A stretch of DNA of 62,841 nt, the filler included, from Rhabdomonas costata (taxonomy: Eukaryota): the NCBI GenBank assembly GCA_019059605.1. It is 43 parts of 43 records of this genome, joined end to end, with 100 filler letters (N's around TTAATTAATTAA, not from the genome) between each part and the next. Parts side by side here need not be neighbours in the genome. Positions count along the whole stretch, not along the records: positions 60,016 to 61,378 come from JAHMHO010018186.1; positions 61,479 to 62,841 come from JAHMHO010018187.1; 41 more parts are not named here. The stretch is one strand, 5' to 3'. Under the pieces are notes generated by a model, which worked only from the letters and a program-made list of their open reading frames with translations, did no database searches and had not been told where the DNA came from. Of the stretch, positions 60,925 through 62,841 are shown piece after piece (the first letter of the stretch is position 1; each line of letters starts with the position of its first letter). Made by a program: the position numbers and the translations under genes.

Positions 60925-61220
60925 CAACCTTCGCTCACCAGTGTACAGTATTGCTTTGTCTACAGCGCACACAGACAAAGATACCTCCCCGTTTCACACT
61001 TGCCTGTGCCGCAGGTTACTCTGTGTTCTTGTGGTGTACGGACAGTAAGAGAAGAAGTGGTGTTAGTGCGGGAGGCGGGCTGAAGGAAAACAGGTAAAGA
61101 GGCCGATACTTTAACCACACACGCAATTGGGTGCACTATCCCCTGTTCCACGCTGCGCACGTCGCTTCATTGCTTCATGTGCAGGTTTCTTATTGTCTCT
61201 CTTGCGGGTTGAGCCCTTTT
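60925..61220. repeat. Dispersed repeat, copy B (copy A at 8064-8340)
   Basis: Collinear similarity with copy A in the same orientation, with indels. Confidence 0.85.
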
Positions 61221-61745
61221 CATACTGGACCCTCAAAATACTGGACCATCGCTTCTTTTCGCGAAAAGTGCGTTCCAGGCCAAATTTTTGTCCCAGATCC
61301 TTTCTGTCTGACATGGTTGTCATTTTGTCTATCTGAGCTATCACGTCCCCGCCTCCCGTTGCGGATGAAAATGAACCANNNNNNNNNNNNNNNNNNNNNN
61401 NNNNNNNNNNNNNNNNNNNNNNTTAATTAATTAANNNNNNNNNNNNNNNNNNNNNNNNNNNNNNNNNNNNNNNNNNNNTTGTGTTGGGGATGTTACTCCG
61501 GTGTCGCCATTTATGCTCAAAATCCTTTGTTTGTGAAGGGCATGAGGAAAGGCGATTCGTGCCGTTTTATTTCAGATTCAGATAAACACTCTTCCCGCGC
61601 CTCCACTCCAGCCCTTTCCGATGCGTTTCCCTTTCCGTGATCCTGAGAGAAGGATGTTCCTGATGTACTGTCATTTGGTGGGTTGGCGCGTGCTTCTTAA
61701 CCAGTTGTTCTCCCTGCTTCGCCTTTTTCATTCAAATGTTAGCAG

Positions 61746-62328
61746 GTGAATGACACCCGTCTCACAACCCTTTGCGTCTCCCCAAAGGAAGTGTTGGAGA
61801 TGCCGCCTGGGGCAGCCGTGGAGGTTGTCGGGGTGCAGCTTGTCACCGCGCTGAACAGCGTTGTGGTTGCCTTGCGCAGCGGGCAGATCGTGGAATGCCT
61901 GGGAGGCACGCCACAGCAGGGGGGAAGGAGAATGCGGAGGGATGGGGGCGTGCGTGCTGCGTTTATTGTCTCATCATTCCTGTCCAACCGCACCTAACCC
62001 CACCCCAAGAATAAGGGAGTTGGAGGGACCACTTTCTTTTGTTTGCCTGTTTTTGTTGCGGAGTTTGTTTGTCCGCTGGATATTATGGGAGTGAGTGTGT
62101 CCTCTTGTCCGGTCATGATGCGAGTTTAGGGCACCGCATTTTCGGAGTAGGTTTCCCTCTCGGCCTTGCTCTTCCTGACTTTGTTTCTGGCACTGGCCTT
62201 CCTTATGTCCTTTTTTCATATGCTGCACAGTATGGGCAGGGCAGCGCTCCAGCAGTAGTGCTGTGCAGTGCGTGGGGTGCATCGCGGAGGGTCTCACTGC
62301 GATGGCCTGGAGCCCGGACCAAGAGCTG
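61746..62328 (+). CDS. ELP1: Elongator complex protein 1 (ELP1/IKI3), N-terminal exons (61746-~61905 and ~62231-62328)
   Basis: VVGVQLVTALNSVVVALRSGQIV.../...AVQCVGCIAEGLTAMAWSPDQEL|gt matches ELP1 ExVGxxxxGxxAxxWSPDxEL. Confidence 0.85.
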
Positions 62329-62841
62329 GTTTCACACAACTACACAATCACGGGATGGACACCTCTTTTGTTACCATGTCAACATGAGAAGCATTATAGA
62401 ATGAACCTCCGCTCCTCCTCTCGTACTCCGTGTTCATAGCGCTTAGCAAGGTAGTCTTGGAAGAACCTACGAACCGAATGTCGCACCCTTGGCGAACGCA
62501 GGCAGTTTCTCCGGGGGGGTTCAACATTTAGTAATTTTAAATAATAGTTTATAAAAATTATGAAATTTATGATTTTATTATTATCGCAAATTTTTAATTT
62601 TTATAAACAATGTTTGTTTGCGTGCGGCATTCACTTTTCACTTTCCAACGCGGAGTGAATGTCTGCACATCTAAGGATGGCGCAGCAACTGCTTGCTGGA
62701 TTGGAGAAAGTCGCTATGCTTGTGGAAAGAAGTTGGAGGGGTCATTTCGTGGTTATGCCTCGAAATGCCTAAGGGTTGTTCCGTGGGATGCACGCACATG
62801 CTTGCAGACACACAAACATCCAAAAGGTCCCCCACAACAAC

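Noticed and set aside
1365-61478. Regularly spaced TTAATTAATTAA repeat (CRISPR-like periodicity) and ORFs ending in ...XXXLIN
   Set aside because: Synthetic six-frame-stop linker inside N-runs; not biological.

Overview
This window is not a contiguous locus. It is a pseudo-scaffold of 43 unrelated contigs of about 1.36 kb, joined by 100-nt spacers (N-run + TTAATTAATTAA, a stop in all six frames, + N-run), so gene neighbourhood means nothing across spacers. Most contig ends carry G/T-only (or A/C-only) tails and several have fold-back arms, which points to whole-genome-amplified, probably single-cell, DNA. The source is an intron-rich, microsatellite-rich microbial eukaryote with GT-AG introns and TTAGGG-type repeats; the lineage cannot be fixed from this window. 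Recognisable gene pieces: SNIP1/Pml1 FHA protein, FANCL-like, TMEM128-like, a DEAD-box helicase, ALG2, a PCTP/STARD-type START protein, a GT17 glycosyltransferase, a divergent AMP deaminase, a papain-type prepro-region, ankyrin and RING proteins, ELP1, tRNA-Arg(CCT), and intron-split Cache-type sensors plus a histidine kinase. Best leads: (1) a very AT-rich block (44300-45282) that looks like decayed Mimiviridae-type giant-virus DNA, with a frameshifted beta-lactamase-like gene, a post-stop hairpin and an AAAATTGA motif, fused to host-like DNA; (2) a probable mitochondrial protein built from very regular 39-aa OPR-like helical repeats; (3) bacterial-style sensor/two-component modules carrying spliceosomal introns. 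All identifications are motif recognition by eye; no searches were run.
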